Notes: generated from the sequence alone by a model not told the origin. 64,000 nucleotides of DNA from a bacterium (GCA_018223105.1 JAAEYY010000009.1:6827-70826); one strand, 5' to 3'. Positions 9,187 to 19,990 are shown, counted from the stretch's first letter. Numbers and translations: made by a program.

Positions 9187-9867
9187 CTAAAAAGTATAGG
9201 ACAAATAACACATCCTCAGCGGTCTCACATGAAACTCAAAATCTTGTCCATCATTCTTGTTTGAAAGGCCGGTTGTTTTATAGAAGTTTTGAGTGAAAAT
9301 CGACTTTGAAATATTGGCATTAAACTCAATACCACATTTTATATTATTTGCGAATTGATATGAGAGTCCAACTAAGGGTCCTATGCCTAGTTTGTGGCCC
9401 TTATTCACAATGGTATATCGATCGACATAGATATCATCGATAGTATAGCTCAGATTAAAACTGTTCTTAAATCGCGTGTAAAACAGCTCAATTCCGAGAT
9501 AAGGCTTTAAGCGCGACTCCCCTATTTCCTGAAATATCCCCAAAGAGAATTGACGATTAATCAATTTGGTATTATACATGTCGGTGATCGCAACACCGCC
9601 TGACTCCATCGATTCCACTTCTTTCTTGTGAACCGTATTTGCTTCAAACATGAGTCGAGCACGAAACTCCCCAACACCGTAAGTAACAAAAGCAGAATTA
9701 AAAAAAGAGGCTGAAGTAGTGGCTTTTTGAAGCTCTGTATTCACTAAATTTCCGGCCAAGGAAAAGACACCAAAGCCCACTTGTAAATGCTGATTAGAAT
9801 CTAATTTGAGCTGAGCTTGAGATAGAATTGGAAATAGGAGTAGAACTAAGCTTGTTAAAATTTTCAT
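9187..9867 (-). CDS. Predicted outer-membrane beta-barrel protein
   Basis: Signal peptide MKILTSLVLLLFPILSQAQ, alternating beta-strand pattern, and a C-terminal aromatic residue (LSYTF). Confidence 0.6.
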   Translation of the reverse strand: MKILTSLVLLLFPILSQAQLKLDSNQHLQVGFGVFSLAGNLVNTELQKATTSASFFNSAFVTYGVGEFRARLMFEANTVHKKEVESMESGGVAITDMYNTKLINRQFSLGIFQEIGESRLKPYLGIELFYTRFKNSFNLSYTIDDIYVDRYTIVNKGHKLGIGPLVGLSYQFANNIKCGIEFNANISKSIFTQNFYKTTGLSNKNDGQDFEFHVRPLRMCYLSYTF

Positions 9868-10127
9868 TGTCTTCTTAAATAATTAATAATGGTTCATCCG
9901 TAGCGGGATAGCGTAAAGTTACGGATTATTCTTAATCAATGAAAGAAGTACTACTACCTTAAGGTAGGATTGACAAAAAACTGAGAATCATTAAATATTA
10001 AAGACAACAGAATCCTATTGCAGTTGTATTACTACTCGACACATTGACCTAAATCTTGAATTTTCTGTCCGTAACAATTCAATCATCCAAATCCATATTA
10101 GGTCATCTCATTCACGAAGGTCTTCTT

Positions 10128-13100
10128 TCACTCTTTCAACCATCTATAAATCTTAATTTGTTCACCGTCATAGAGGCGCACAATATAAAGACCTTTACTT
10201 AAAGCTGAAACGTCTATCGTGTTTATACGTCCCTCTAAATCCTGAGTAATCACCGCTCTTCCATCCATGGTCAAGATCTCAATTTGTAGTGTACCACTGT
10301 TTTCCTGGCGTATATTCAAATTTGTGCTACCCGGATTAGGGTATACCAAAATATTTTGTTCGGCAAACTCAATTATAGATCCTGTTTTAACTGTTGTCTC
10401 TGCATCGAAACTCGCTGGAGATTCTTCTACATCTCCGTTCATTAAATGTATTACAGAGTAGAATGAATACTTACTTCCATTTTCTCCAATGAAGATGGCT
10501 GAAGTATCAGTAGAGTAGGCCAGCCATTCTTGATATGGTCCTTCATTTATAGAAACATAAACGCTATAATACGCTATACCGGGGCCATCTTTCCCATCAG
10601 AACCAGTCCATATAACCTCAAATTCTTTACCGGAGAATTCGGGTAATGGAAGAACCTCGCTAAATGGATCGCTGCCAATAACACGGTTAGTCCAGACATT
10701 CGTTGGGATTATCTCATTCTGATCAAATATGATATCCGCTTCATTAGAAACTACAGTTCCCGTTTCTACATCGTCTTTTAATCGAATGCGATATTTAACA
10801 TAACCTTCTCCTGAGCCCAAACTATCGTTTGGAGGCAAGAAACCTCCAAATGGATCAATTACCGGGTTTCCGGTATTCGGATCGATGGTCGTCATTCTCC
10901 AGATAGCCCGTTGATTTATCGGATCTATTCCAGCAACTACATGCAGTTTCTGAAAGTTGTAATCGGGACCCAATTCAATAATGGTATTTATATTATTCTC
11001 TCCATCAAAATAGAATGCAGTATCCCCAAAACCAATCTCCAATAACTCAAAAGACTGCAATCTAAAGGCGGTATCCAGTGGATTATTAATGCTCACCGCA
11101 ACAGCAGGTGCACTTGCCGTAGACTTATTCTCAAAATAGATGGTATAGGGCATATCTGCCCCTTGTTCAACATAACGCAATTCTGTAACACCATCGGGAC
11201 CAACAATTTCATTCGGATCTAAAGATTTCACCCAGCGTGTGAACCTATTGCCTTGATTTTTAGGCTTTTTCTTACAAATATTAGAACAAGTATGATAGGT
11301 ACCCCCGCCCGGTCTGTTGTGTCTTGCACAGAAAATACAACGTTCTACTTCTTTCAATAAATCCGGATCATTATCAAGACAGCTAAAAACATTTTTTGTT
11401 AAATCACTGAAAGGAGGATCTTCTTTATACACCCGTTCTGTAGTGTTTTTAACGATGTCTAGATTGTCCCACCAGCCTTTGGCCATATCAGTAAATCCTT
11501 TCTTTTCAAGCACCATTTCTTTAAACATTTTCTGTTTCACTTCTTCACCTCTTTTACCTGCTTGAAATGGTAATAATGCATCTTTCTTCCAGGCTTCATA
11601 CGCCTTTCTGCTAAGATCTTTCACGCCGGTTGCACCGGAGAATGTTCCAACCCCTCCACTAACGTGATCTGCTAAAAGTAAGGTCTGAACTTGTAATTCT
11701 CGTTGAACCTCAAATATGTTAATGTTATCACAATCAAAATCACTCTTAAATACCGCACCCACACTATTTGAATATGCTTCATAAAGTTCATACATGGTTG
11801 CACTATATGCGATGTCTTCATCTCTACCACTAATTGTGTATGCGCTCATAGGTTGCCTGAAGAGCAGCCCAGCAAAGTAAGTTGTATCCTCTTCTGATTG
11901 ATTTATGATATAAGTAAAGGTAGTTTGAGATTTAGCCGCTAAATGCGGTATCCAATAGGCAAAATAGCGCACCCCATCAATATCAATATGGGTAGAATCC
12001 CCCGTTGGATTTCCTGTAAAGCCGTATTGTTCATTCAGTTCTTCTTCAGAGGAACCTACAAAGGATGTGCTTAGATGACTTAAGTCACCATTGCCCGGCG
12101 CTATTGCCACAATTAACCAGTAATCATAGCCATTGGTGTTACTGTAATTTCCAAAGTTGACATTCATCACCGTATTTCTTCTGGTAAGTTCAACCGGGGT
12201 AACATCAAAATTCATCCAAGGGTCTTCATATTCATCAGCAATAATTTCAAATCCATTGTTCAATGAAGTAGTTCTGGTATCTTCATATGCCACTACATTA
12301 TAATCTCCCAGTTTTGTGTCTCTTAAATCAAAATAACATACCGCTTGAGAAGAATTGATCAATACGGTGCTATATGCACTTATCGTATCTGTATTTTGAA
12401 TAAGAGCGAATTGAGTTTCCGATTTAAAGTCAAATCCTTTAATACTAACTGCTGTATTTCCATTGCTGCTACCATTTTCGGGATATACCGAGTACACCGA
12501 GAACGTAGCTGAACGCGCAATTATATCATAAGGAACAGGATCAATTTGGTTATTATCCGGGTCTAATGGATTATAAACCGGCGGTACATATGATGGCTTC
12601 AGGAATAAATAGTCGGTTACTGCTGTATCTGTTACCGGCACTAATATTTGTTGATCCGCTAAATATGGATCAGAATACTTGTTATCATACCTCAAATTTG
12701 AAGGAATCTTTCCTGCAGCATGATACAATTCTGTTGATGAATTGTCATCAGAAACATCCAAATCTACGATCATGCCCAAGTCTGATCCTCGTTCCACATT
12801 GTAATATACCGGAGTGGCAAATTGCCCTTCAAAAAAGAAGGTATCTTTTAATACATCTAGTGTAAGTGGAACAGAATAATCAAAATAGAAACTGTCACGT
12901 GTGAACCGAACATTATTTACCTCTGAGCTCTCATAAATCTCATTTCGTTCATCCATTACCATTCCGATATAATACCAACCCGGCTGAATTGTTCTTGGCA
13001 TCGTCACCAGTATAGATCCTGTATATTCAGAAACTCCTGATTCTAATTCATTTTCATATGCTTGAGTTTGAACAATAGTTGCTTCCGGAAATAGAGAGCG

Positions 13101-16100
13101 TTGTTTTGCTAGAACAACTTTATCTGTCCAAGATCGATCCAGAGAATCTAAAATAGGTTTACTGAATTCATAATCCACAAAAAAGAAAGGATCATTTTTG
13201 CTATCTAAGGTTCTTATTTCAATGGAATCTAAAACAAGATCTGTAATCTCATTCGACAATGAAATTGTATATAAAGAGGCATACTTATTATTGTCTTCTT
13301 TATCAGCTTCATATATACCGTCTTCACTATCAACAACCGCTATGTAATAAAGGTCACCGCTAACACTCGACGGGTATTTAACCGGAATTTCAATCGTTGC
13401 AGAATTTCCGACGGAGATAGTCCCTGAATACAGAAGAGTTCCTATCGTTTTGTCGTACTTATCTAGCACTTCGTCATCAGACAAATAAAGCTTGACCTGA
13501 TATTCTCTATCGTCCATGGCTCCTGGACCATTATTTTCAACTTCGATAGACACAGTATCCAGCTGCAATGCGTAAACTGCACAACATTTAAGTGAACTTA
13601 TACTCACAGGTTCAAGGTCTGGAGGAATATAAGCCTCAACATCTAAAATTAATTCTTCACTGTTATTCCCTCTAATATATTCTGTTGGTATGTTTCTATT
13701 ATTTACGATGAACTCCAAGCTTAGATTCCCATTATACTCGTAAGGAAGTTGATACTTTACATTATCAGTGTATTCTTCTCCACTTGCTACTCTTCCCAAG
13801 TGCTCAGGCTCATAGGTATCTAAAACATTTCCATCATCATCTCTCAAGACAAGAGCATCTTTCCATCCTGTATATTGAGTCCCTCTTCCATCATTTCTCA
13901 CACTGACATCCAACTCAATCACATCTCCGGCTCTGACATCAGAGCTTAACACTTCTAAATCAAGCAAATTGAAATCAGGCACTAGATTGTTGTTTCTTTC
14001 AACATAAAACTGCTCGCTGTAGAAGCTATTGTTAAACTCTCCGTTGTACTCATAGACATCTGTAAAGTTATCGGCCTGTATTTCCAGTCTATAAAGACCT
14101 TCTTCAAGATCCAAGGGTAGTGATAAAGAAAAAGTATCAAACTTAGAGCTACTAGCCTCTAAGCCAACAGGTATGCTATAAACTCTTAAAATATTGTAGC
14201 TCGATCCCCACAAAATAACCCGGTTATAAAACGATGATTCTTCTACATCTCCATCACCGGTATTTTTAGTTTCAATAATCAAAGGGAAGTTCTGTCCGGC
14301 AATCATAGTATCCGACCAGCCTTCTGCGTCAATTTCTATATCAGGTTGAGGAGATAATGCAATGGAAAGAGGACCCCGCGTTAATATGTTATTGTCTTCT
14401 CCCGGTGCTTCACAAATCTGATCATTGGCATCTGTAATTAAACTAAGATACCAATTCCCATGAATATCATATGGAATTTGAAACTCAACATCTATTCGAA
14501 CGCTATCTCCTTGGTCAATGGTCTCATAACTATAATTCTGTCCTAAATAACGAGCTCCTCCAAAGTTGATATTAGAAGCTAAATGAAGATAAAAACGGTC
14601 TTTAATATATTCTTCAAGGTCTGAAAAACCGTCATTTACAATGGTGTAAGATAGCTCTACATCCTTACCTGAAGCCGGACTATTATTTATTGTTAAATGC
14701 TGAGGAACTAAGTCCGGATTTGGCTCTAAAATCAACTCAATACTATCTATAAACACTGCATTGTTATCGTAGCGCAGCTCAAAGGTGCTTTCCGTATAGT
14801 TTGTAACTGCAAACACATAGTATTTACCGTATTCGCAGCGTGTAAAATTGATAGAATCATATACCGTATAGGTTGAGTCTACGCCCAGTTCATCGTTATT
14901 CGGCCTCACATAAAAGGCTTTTACAACATTGTCATCATCATCGGGGTCGTAGAATGGTTTTTTAGTAATTACGATTCTATCATACCACATAGTAGGATTA
15001 TCCTGAAGCGGTGTAGCTCGATAATATCGATCCGTTCTATATGTTTTCTGCTGTCCCACATTCTTTACGGTCCAATTCACCGCAATGGTATCACCTGAAA
15101 AAGCTGTTGCGGGGATATTAGCATCAACTACGGTCAAATCTGGAAGTGGAGACTGAATGATATTCAATGGATCACTCATTCTCCCATTATCATAAAAACC
15201 TGTATCCTGCTCAAATATGTTACGGTCACCATTCGTCTGTACATGGTAATAAACATTCCCTGAAAATTTAATTGGGATGCTAAAGGTGCTGCTTGATGTG
15301 TAGCTTTGTCCGGGTTGCAATCCGGAAGGAGCTCCTACTTTTCTCTTGAATAGTGAATCACTTCCCATAATCTCCGGATTTTTCAGGAGATTACTGTCGG
15401 TTGCCATATAAATATAATCCGACCAAGACCCCGTGGTTGCAGCATTTCCGGTATTCTTAACGGTCCATTCTAGTCCAAAGGACTTGCCACTGAATAAGGA
15501 CGAAGGAACTGAAACTGAGGTAACCTCAAGATTTGGAAGCTGAGGAGTTGGTAGTACTCGTCCAAAAGAAACCAAAATATTATTGCTCAATTCTTCGAAT
15601 GAAATTTCTGTGCTGTTAATCTTTACGATAAAGTAGTAAGTACCGCCTGAAGTATACGGAATTGCCGCAGAAAGCTTTCTTGAGTATGAATTCCCTCCAT
15701 TTACATCAAAGAGATTGCTGGCCGTATTTAGTAAGACATCCGTAGAATCCAATGTTTGATCGGAGCTTAAGTATAATTCATCTTCCCATTCTAAAGAGGT
15801 TAAGTTAAGACTGCCAATGTTCTCAACTTCATATTCTATTTCCATGGTTTTTCCGGGATAAAAGTTACCGGTAAAGGACAAGAATTGAGAAGGCTGTAAA
15901 TCGATTTCCCCTGAAAGCATATCCGCCCCTATCACAGGGTTATCAGGGTCTCGTTCATCACCATCAAAATCATAAAGGATTTGAGGAATATGGAGGCCTT
16001 TTCCCAATAATGCCGCATTTCTAATATGCAGGTTAGAATCTGTCTCAAACAATGGATCAAACATGTAGCTGTTTGAATCTATTTTGTAGCGTTCTTGATG

Positions 16101-17279
16101 TTCTGCTACGGTTGTTCTATAAATATCTGTACCTAATGCAACCCTAGATATATAGCTATTCGGCATGTAATAATTATTATAATCACACCTCAGGGTAGAA
16201 GAAAATACGGTGTCGGGAAAAAAGATACCGACACAATCATCTCCTTCAGTTGCTATAATGTTATTTACGATATCAACAGAATCCATCTCTACCATATATA
16301 TCCCGTTAACAAATCTAGAATTAGGTGTAAATGCGATATTGTTATTCCATACCTTAACTTTTGATGTACCAACGTAGATAGCAGTTGCTTGATCCACCAA
16401 AACCATATTATTTGAAATTACAATATTGCTATCTGAATAGACACCAAAGCCCACTGAAATTGCAGTATTATCTGTAATTACTAGGTTTCTATTGATTTTC
16501 GCCTTTCCGCGCACATATAAGGCACCAAGTGCAGCATTGAAGAAAATGTTGTTCTCAATGAGGATGTCACCTTCATCGTAAATCGGAGAAGTTGTTGAAG
16601 ACAAGTTTCGAACGATGTAAATTGTGTTATTTGTCATCTCAAAGGAAGAATGACGAAATGTAGTTCCTAGTCGAGAATAGAGATGTAAATCATCACATCT
16701 ATTATTTCTTAAGATTAAACTCCCTAGATCTGTGTCATCTGCTCTGAAATTAAAAAACATACCAATTACCGGATCCCGATTTGATGAATTATCGTACATA
16801 AAATGGTTACCTTCAATCAAAATGTCTTTGGCTCCTTCATCAAGAGCAATGATAAATCCATCATCTTTAGGACACTTAAAGCTCAAGTTTCTAAAAACTA
16901 AATTTGATACTTTACGAATCTCTAAACCATGCCTGGCTGGAAAACTAGAAGTTGTATCATGCTTTATTACAACATCTGCTGTATCTCCGGAAAATGATTC
17001 TAGGATAATTTGATTCTGGGCACTTGTTCCATTGATGCTATCAAATTGAATATGCCCATCGTAAAATCCGGCTTTTACTCTAATTCTCACCGTCTGGCTA
17101 ATTGTAGTTCCATTAAGTGAGTTCACAGCAGCTTCTATCGTAGTGAAGTCTCCTGCGCCGCTCTGGTCAACAATAATAGTTTGGGCTTGAGCGGAATTAA
17201 GATTAAAACTTAAAAAGCAAAAAATAGAAATAACATAAATGCTAAACTTTCTGAGGGGTTCAGTACGCGTCGTTCTCAT
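10128..17279 (-). CDS. Giant cell-surface protein: right-handed beta-helix, about eight CARDB-like modules, IPT-like domain, Cys/His cluster, DUF11-like domain, FN3 and T9SS type A sorting domain
   Basis: Signal peptide (FSIYVISIFCFLSFNLNSAQAQ). NN-rich beta-helix rungs (NNIFFNA, NNMVLV, NNNIAF). Repeated PDL/PNL...W.V.N.G modules. DPNEIVGPDG...YTIYFENKSTASAPA. C-terminal VYPNPGSTNLNI...GLYIVRL sorting domain. ATG at 17279 is preferred over TTG at 17285. Confidence 0.85.
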   Translation of the reverse strand: MRTTRTEPLRKFSIYVISIFCFLSFNLNSAQAQTIIVDQSGAGDFTTIEAAVNSLNGTTISQTVRIRVKAGFYDGHIQFDSINGTSAQNQIILESFSGDTADVVIKHDTTSSFPARHGLEIRKVSNLVFRNLSFKCPKDDGFIIALDEGAKDILIEGNHFMYDNSSNRDPVIGMFFNFRADDTDLGSLILRNNRCDDLHLYSRLGTTFRHSSFEMTNNTIYIVRNLSSTTSPIYDEGDILIENNIFFNAALGALYVRGKAKINRNLVITDNTAISVGFGVYSDSNIVISNNMVLVDQATAIYVGTSKVKVWNNNIAFTPNSRFVNGIYMVEMDSVDIVNNIIATEGDDCVGIFFPDTVFSSTLRCDYNNYYMPNSYISRVALGTDIYRTTVAEHQERYKIDSNSYMFDPLFETDSNLHIRNAALLGKGLHIPQILYDFDGDERDPDNPVIGADMLSGEIDLQPSQFLSFTGNFYPGKTMEIEYEVENIGSLNLTSLEWEDELYLSSDQTLDSTDVLLNTASNLFDVNGGNSYSRKLSAAIPYTSGGTYYFIVKINSTEISFEELSNNILVSFGRVLPTPQLPNLEVTSVSVPSSLFSGKSFGLEWTVKNTGNAATTGSWSDYIYMATDSNLLKNPEIMGSDSLFKRKVGAPSGLQPGQSYTSSSTFSIPIKFSGNVYYHVQTNGDRNIFEQDTGFYDNGRMSDPLNIIQSPLPDLTVVDANIPATAFSGDTIAVNWTVKNVGQQKTYRTDRYYRATPLQDNPTMWYDRIVITKKPFYDPDDDDNVVKAFYVRPNNDELGVDSTYTVYDSINFTRCEYGKYYVFAVTNYTESTFELRYDNNAVFIDSIELILEPNPDLVPQHLTINNSPASGKDVELSYTIVNDGFSDLEEYIKDRFYLHLASNINFGGARYLGQNYSYETIDQGDSVRIDVEFQIPYDIHGNWYLSLITDANDQICEAPGEDNNILTRGPLSIALSPQPDIEIDAEGWSDTMIAGQNFPLIIETKNTGDGDVEESSFYNRVILWGSSYNILRVYSIPVGLEASSSKFDTFSLSLPLDLEEGLYRLEIQADNFTDVYEYNGEFNNSFYSEQFYVERNNNLVPDFNLLDLEVLSSDVRAGDVIELDVSVRNDGRGTQYTGWKDALVLRDDDGNVLDTYEPEHLGRVASGEEYTDNVKYQLPYEYNGNLSLEFIVNNRNIPTEYIRGNNSEELILDVEAYIPPDLEPVSISSLKCCAVYALQLDTVSIEVENNGPGAMDDREYQVKLYLSDDEVLDKYDKTIGTLLYSGTISVGNSATIEIPVKYPSSVSGDLYYIAVVDSEDGIYEADKEDNNKYASLYTISLSNEITDLVLDSIEIRTLDSKNDPFFFVDYEFSKPILDSLDRSWTDKVVLAKQRSLFPEATIVQTQAYENELESGVSEYTGSILVTMPRTIQPGWYYIGMVMDERNEIYESSEVNNVRFTRDSFYFDYSVPLTLDVLKDTFFFEGQFATPVYYNVERGSDLGMIVDLDVSDDNSSTELYHAAGKIPSNLRYDNKYSDPYLADQQILVPVTDTAVTDYLFLKPSYVPPVYNPLDPDNNQIDPVPYDIIARSATFSVYSVYPENGSSNGNTAVSIKGFDFKSETQFALIQNTDTISAYSTVLINSSQAVCYFDLRDTKLGDYNVVAYEDTRTTSLNNGFEIIADEYEDPWMNFDVTPVELTRRNTVMNVNFGNYSNTNGYDYWLIVAIAPGNGDLSHLSTSFVGSSEEELNEQYGFTGNPTGDSTHIDIDGVRYFAYWIPHLAAKSQTTFTYIINQSEEDTTYFAGLLFRQPMSAYTISGRDEDIAYSATMYELYEAYSNSVGAVFKSDFDCDNINIFEVQRELQVQTLLLADHVSGGVGTFSGATGVKDLSRKAYEAWKKDALLPFQAGKRGEEVKQKMFKEMVLEKKGFTDMAKGWWDNLDIVKNTTERVYKEDPPFSDLTKNVFSCLDNDPDLLKEVERCIFCARHNRPGGGTYHTCSNICKKKPKNQGNRFTRWVKSLDPNEIVGPDGVTELRYVEQGADMPYTIYFENKSTASAPAVAVSINNPLDTAFRLQSFELLEIGFGDTAFYFDGENNINTIIELGPDYNFQKLHVVAGIDPINQRAIWRMTTIDPNTGNPVIDPFGGFLPPNDSLGSGEGYVKYRIRLKDDVETGTVVSNEADIIFDQNEIIPTNVWTNRVIGSDPFSEVLPLPEFSGKEFEVIWTGSDGKDGPGIAYYSVYVSINEGPYQEWLAYSTDTSAIFIGENGSKYSFYSVIHLMNGDVEESPASFDAETTVKTGSIIEFAEQNILVYPNPGSTNLNIRQENSGTLQIEILTMDGRAVITQDLEGRINTIDVSALSKGLYIVRLYDGEQIKIYRWLKE

Positions 17280-17452
17280 AATCAATAAGTTAATCAGGTA
17301 ACTCAGACAGCTTAGTCGTCTGAGTTATAGTCAAATCTAGAAACTGTTGACTAGAAAAACCAATAATATCAATTTTAATTTCAGCTGTTCACTAAATCTC
17401 GGAATTCAATTTGAATTCATTGTCATTTAAAGTATCATTGTTTTTACAGATC

Positions 17453-18319
17453 ATGAACAATAAAAGACTCGTAAATGAACGCTCGCGCGACATTGGAAAC
17501 TTCCTTGTCGGGAGACTTTTGCCATTTAAGGAAAAACGACAAGTCGGACCCTTTACTTTTATAGACCACATGGGGCCGGTAGAGATCTCAGACGGTAAGT
17601 ATTTCGACATCAACCAACATCCTCATATCGGACTTTCAACCCTCACCTACTTGCTTGACGGCGAAATTGAACATCGAGATAGTACCGGTTCTGTTCAGGT
17701 TGTGAGAGCCGGTGATGTGGGTTTCATGACCTCCGGCAAAGGGGTAACTCATACCGAAAGAACTCCACAGGAATTAAGAGATGGCCGACCTATAAAAATG
17801 CATGGTTATCAGATTTGGGTAGCACTTCCAAAAGACCTGGAGGAGTCGGAACCTAAATTTCAATTTATAGCAAAAGATCAAATACCTGAACTGGATCGCG
17901 ATGGCTTCAAGATAAGAGTTGTGGCCGGCAAAGGGTTTGGGGTTGAATCTCCATTGCAAGTTCATTCTCCTTTGTTCATGGTTGATATATACTCAGAACA
18001 AGACAGGACCTTGAATATACATGAAGAGTTGCAAGGAGAGATTGCTATTGTTGTAGTTCAAGGTAAGGTTAAAGATGGTGATGATTTAATTGATGCCGGT
18101 CAAATGTTAATATCAAAAACCGATAGCATCTGTACTTTAGACTTACAAGCCGACACTCGTTTGTTGCTATTTGGTGGCACACCTTTTCCTGAAGAACGTT
18201 TTCTTTTGTGGAATTTTGTTTCTTCAAGCAAAGAACGTTTACAACAAGCGAAACAAGATTGGGCGGATATGAAATTCCCTAAGGTGCCCGGCGATGAGAC
18301 TTATATCCCATTCAAATAA
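17453..18319 (+). CDS. Pirin-family protein (bicupin)
   Basis: RLLPFKEKRQVGPFTFIDHMGP...HPHIGLSTLTYLLDGEIEHRDS.G is the pirin N-terminal cupin signature. ATG at 17453 is preferred over TTG at 17411. Confidence 0.9.
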   Translation: MNNKRLVNERSRDIGNFLVGRLLPFKEKRQVGPFTFIDHMGPVEISDGKYFDINQHPHIGLSTLTYLLDGEIEHRDSTGSVQVVRAGDVGFMTSGKGVTHTERTPQELRDGRPIKMHGYQIWVALPKDLEESEPKFQFIAKDQIPELDRDGFKIRVVAGKGFGVESPLQVHSPLFMVDIYSEQDRTLNIHEELQGEIAIVVVQGKVKDGDDLIDAGQMLISKTDSICTLDLQADTRLLLFGGTPFPEERFLLWNFVSSSKERLQQAKQDWADMKFPKVPGDETYIPFK

Positions 18320-18918
18320 AAAACCGACGTCTCTATTAGGAAACGCCGGTCCATTCATGCAATAATCTTAGAAAGCACAACGATTTTCACACTGAAATGT
18401 TGTTCCTACTAAGGAACGAACACCTCCAAAAACCTTTCTTTAAGGCATCAAAGCCTTGAGATTCTATCTACTAGTTCAAAGAACTGCATGCAAATTTTGG
18501 CAAGGTTAGAAGTATACTGTAATTATTGTCTAAGCCTTGGCTTAATTTAAAATTACCAAAATGAAGAGAAATTTAAGCCAGAGTTAAATCCTGCTTACAT
18601 TTTATCTCGTATAAGACTTAAAGATGGATACTCTAAACTTTGCAACAATCTTTTTTTGTGTAATTATTCTAAATATTAGACATTTTTGTCTATTTTTGAA
18701 AAATATTTCCGAACCCAAAGATTCGGATTTAAATCTAAACTACTATGAACCAAGGTCTTAACATATCGTCAGGTATGCGGGATTGTGCACAACTTTCAGT
18801 GTCACTCCATACCTATTTAATTAATTCAAGAACTTCAAGAACTAACTACACTAGGGTAAATGGGGAAAAAATTGCTTCCCTGAAACTCCAATAATATTTA
18901 AAACTAACTACTACTATC

Positions 18919-19959
18919 ATGAAAATTCAAAATCAAACCGGACTATTTCAGAATCTGAAAGTTGTTCAGATTGCAGCGGTTACAACCGTGGTGCTTTCAA
19001 TCCTCGCAGCAATTATCTTTTTCAATGTCAGCATGTTTTCTAGTAAAAGTTCAAAAGCAGCCACTACTACCGTTGGTTCCGGCAATACGGTTTATGCCAG
19101 TGATCTTCCATTTGGCTCAACAAGCAGTGGTGACAGTATTGTTGTATACGGAAAATTTTATATTGACGAAGAGTATACTCAACTCGAAGAAGAAAACACT
19201 CAATTCGTATTTGATGGAACTAACTCTGAACTAAAAATCTTCGCAGGAAACAATATATACCTCGGCGCGGGTAGTTCTATTGTTCTACTAAACAGTGCGA
19301 AAATCAAAATAGTAGGTCCATGTAACGGAAGCACCGGTATTTATATCGGTGATTCTCTTGTTGCTACTTGCGACGGTTCAACGGGTTATAGTTTCGACGA
19401 CCTAAACGGTGGTGATGTTACATTGCCTGTGTCTTGGATTGCAGTTGATGCAAAAAAGGTATCTGATGGCGAAGTAGAAATCACTTGGTCTACTGCCTCT
19501 GAAATCAATAATGAATACTTCCAGGTGGAGTATAGCACCGATGGTGTTCAATGGAATGAAGGAAAATCAGTACCTAGCAAGGCTCCGGGGGGAAACAGCC
19601 AATCTGTGTTAGACTACAAGTCATTTCACTATGTGAACGAACTTGCAGATAGGTTGTACTTCAGAATTAAGCAAGTGGACTTTAACAAAGACCACGACTA
19701 TTCTGATATCGCTGTTGTAAAACTTAACCAAAAAGAAAATATTAAAATATCAAGTCTAGGAGAAGCTAAGATATTAGTTACCACTACAGACGCTAAAACT
19801 GAAGGCTCAGATCTTACCGTGTATAATACCAGCGGTCAGCAAATACTGAGTCAACCTTTTAACTCGGGTCAAACACTTTCATTACCTAGCCCGGGAGTGT
19901 ATATTATTCAAATAGGTAATGGCGCGGATGTTCAGCGTATTAAGCACATGGTGCTATAA
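18919..19959 (+). CDS. Secreted/anchored protein with an FN3-like domain and a T9SS type A-like C-terminal domain
   Basis: N-terminal TM/signal segment. WSTASEINNEYFQVEYSTDG...YFRIKQVDFN module. The C-terminus reads VYNTSGQQIL...GVYIIQI. Confidence 0.7.
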   Translation: MKIQNQTGLFQNLKVVQIAAVTTVVLSILAAIIFFNVSMFSSKSSKAATTTVGSGNTVYASDLPFGSTSSGDSIVVYGKFYIDEEYTQLEEENTQFVFDGTNSELKIFAGNNIYLGAGSSIVLLNSAKIKIVGPCNGSTGIYIGDSLVATCDGSTGYSFDDLNGGDVTLPVSWIAVDAKKVSDGEVEITWSTASEINNEYFQVEYSTDGVQWNEGKSVPSKAPGGNSQSVLDYKSFHYVNELADRLYFRIKQVDFNKDHDYSDIAVVKLNQKENIKISSLGEAKILVTTTDAKTEGSDLTVYNTSGQQILSQPFNSGQTLSLPSPGVYIIQIGNGADVQRIKHMVL

Positions 19960-19990
19960 ATAGAACAACCAATTAATTAAACCTTAGAAG

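Noticed and set aside
12566-17013. Plus-strand ORFs 12566-12865 and 16732-17013, plus other small ones inside the adhesin gene
   Set aside because: These are shadow ORFs within a continuous 7.1-kb coding region that has coherent domain architecture.
18320-18360. Possible terminator after the pirin gene (ACCGACGT...ACGCCGGT)
   Set aside because: The stem is imperfect with a 12-nt loop and no following T-tract. That is too weak to call.
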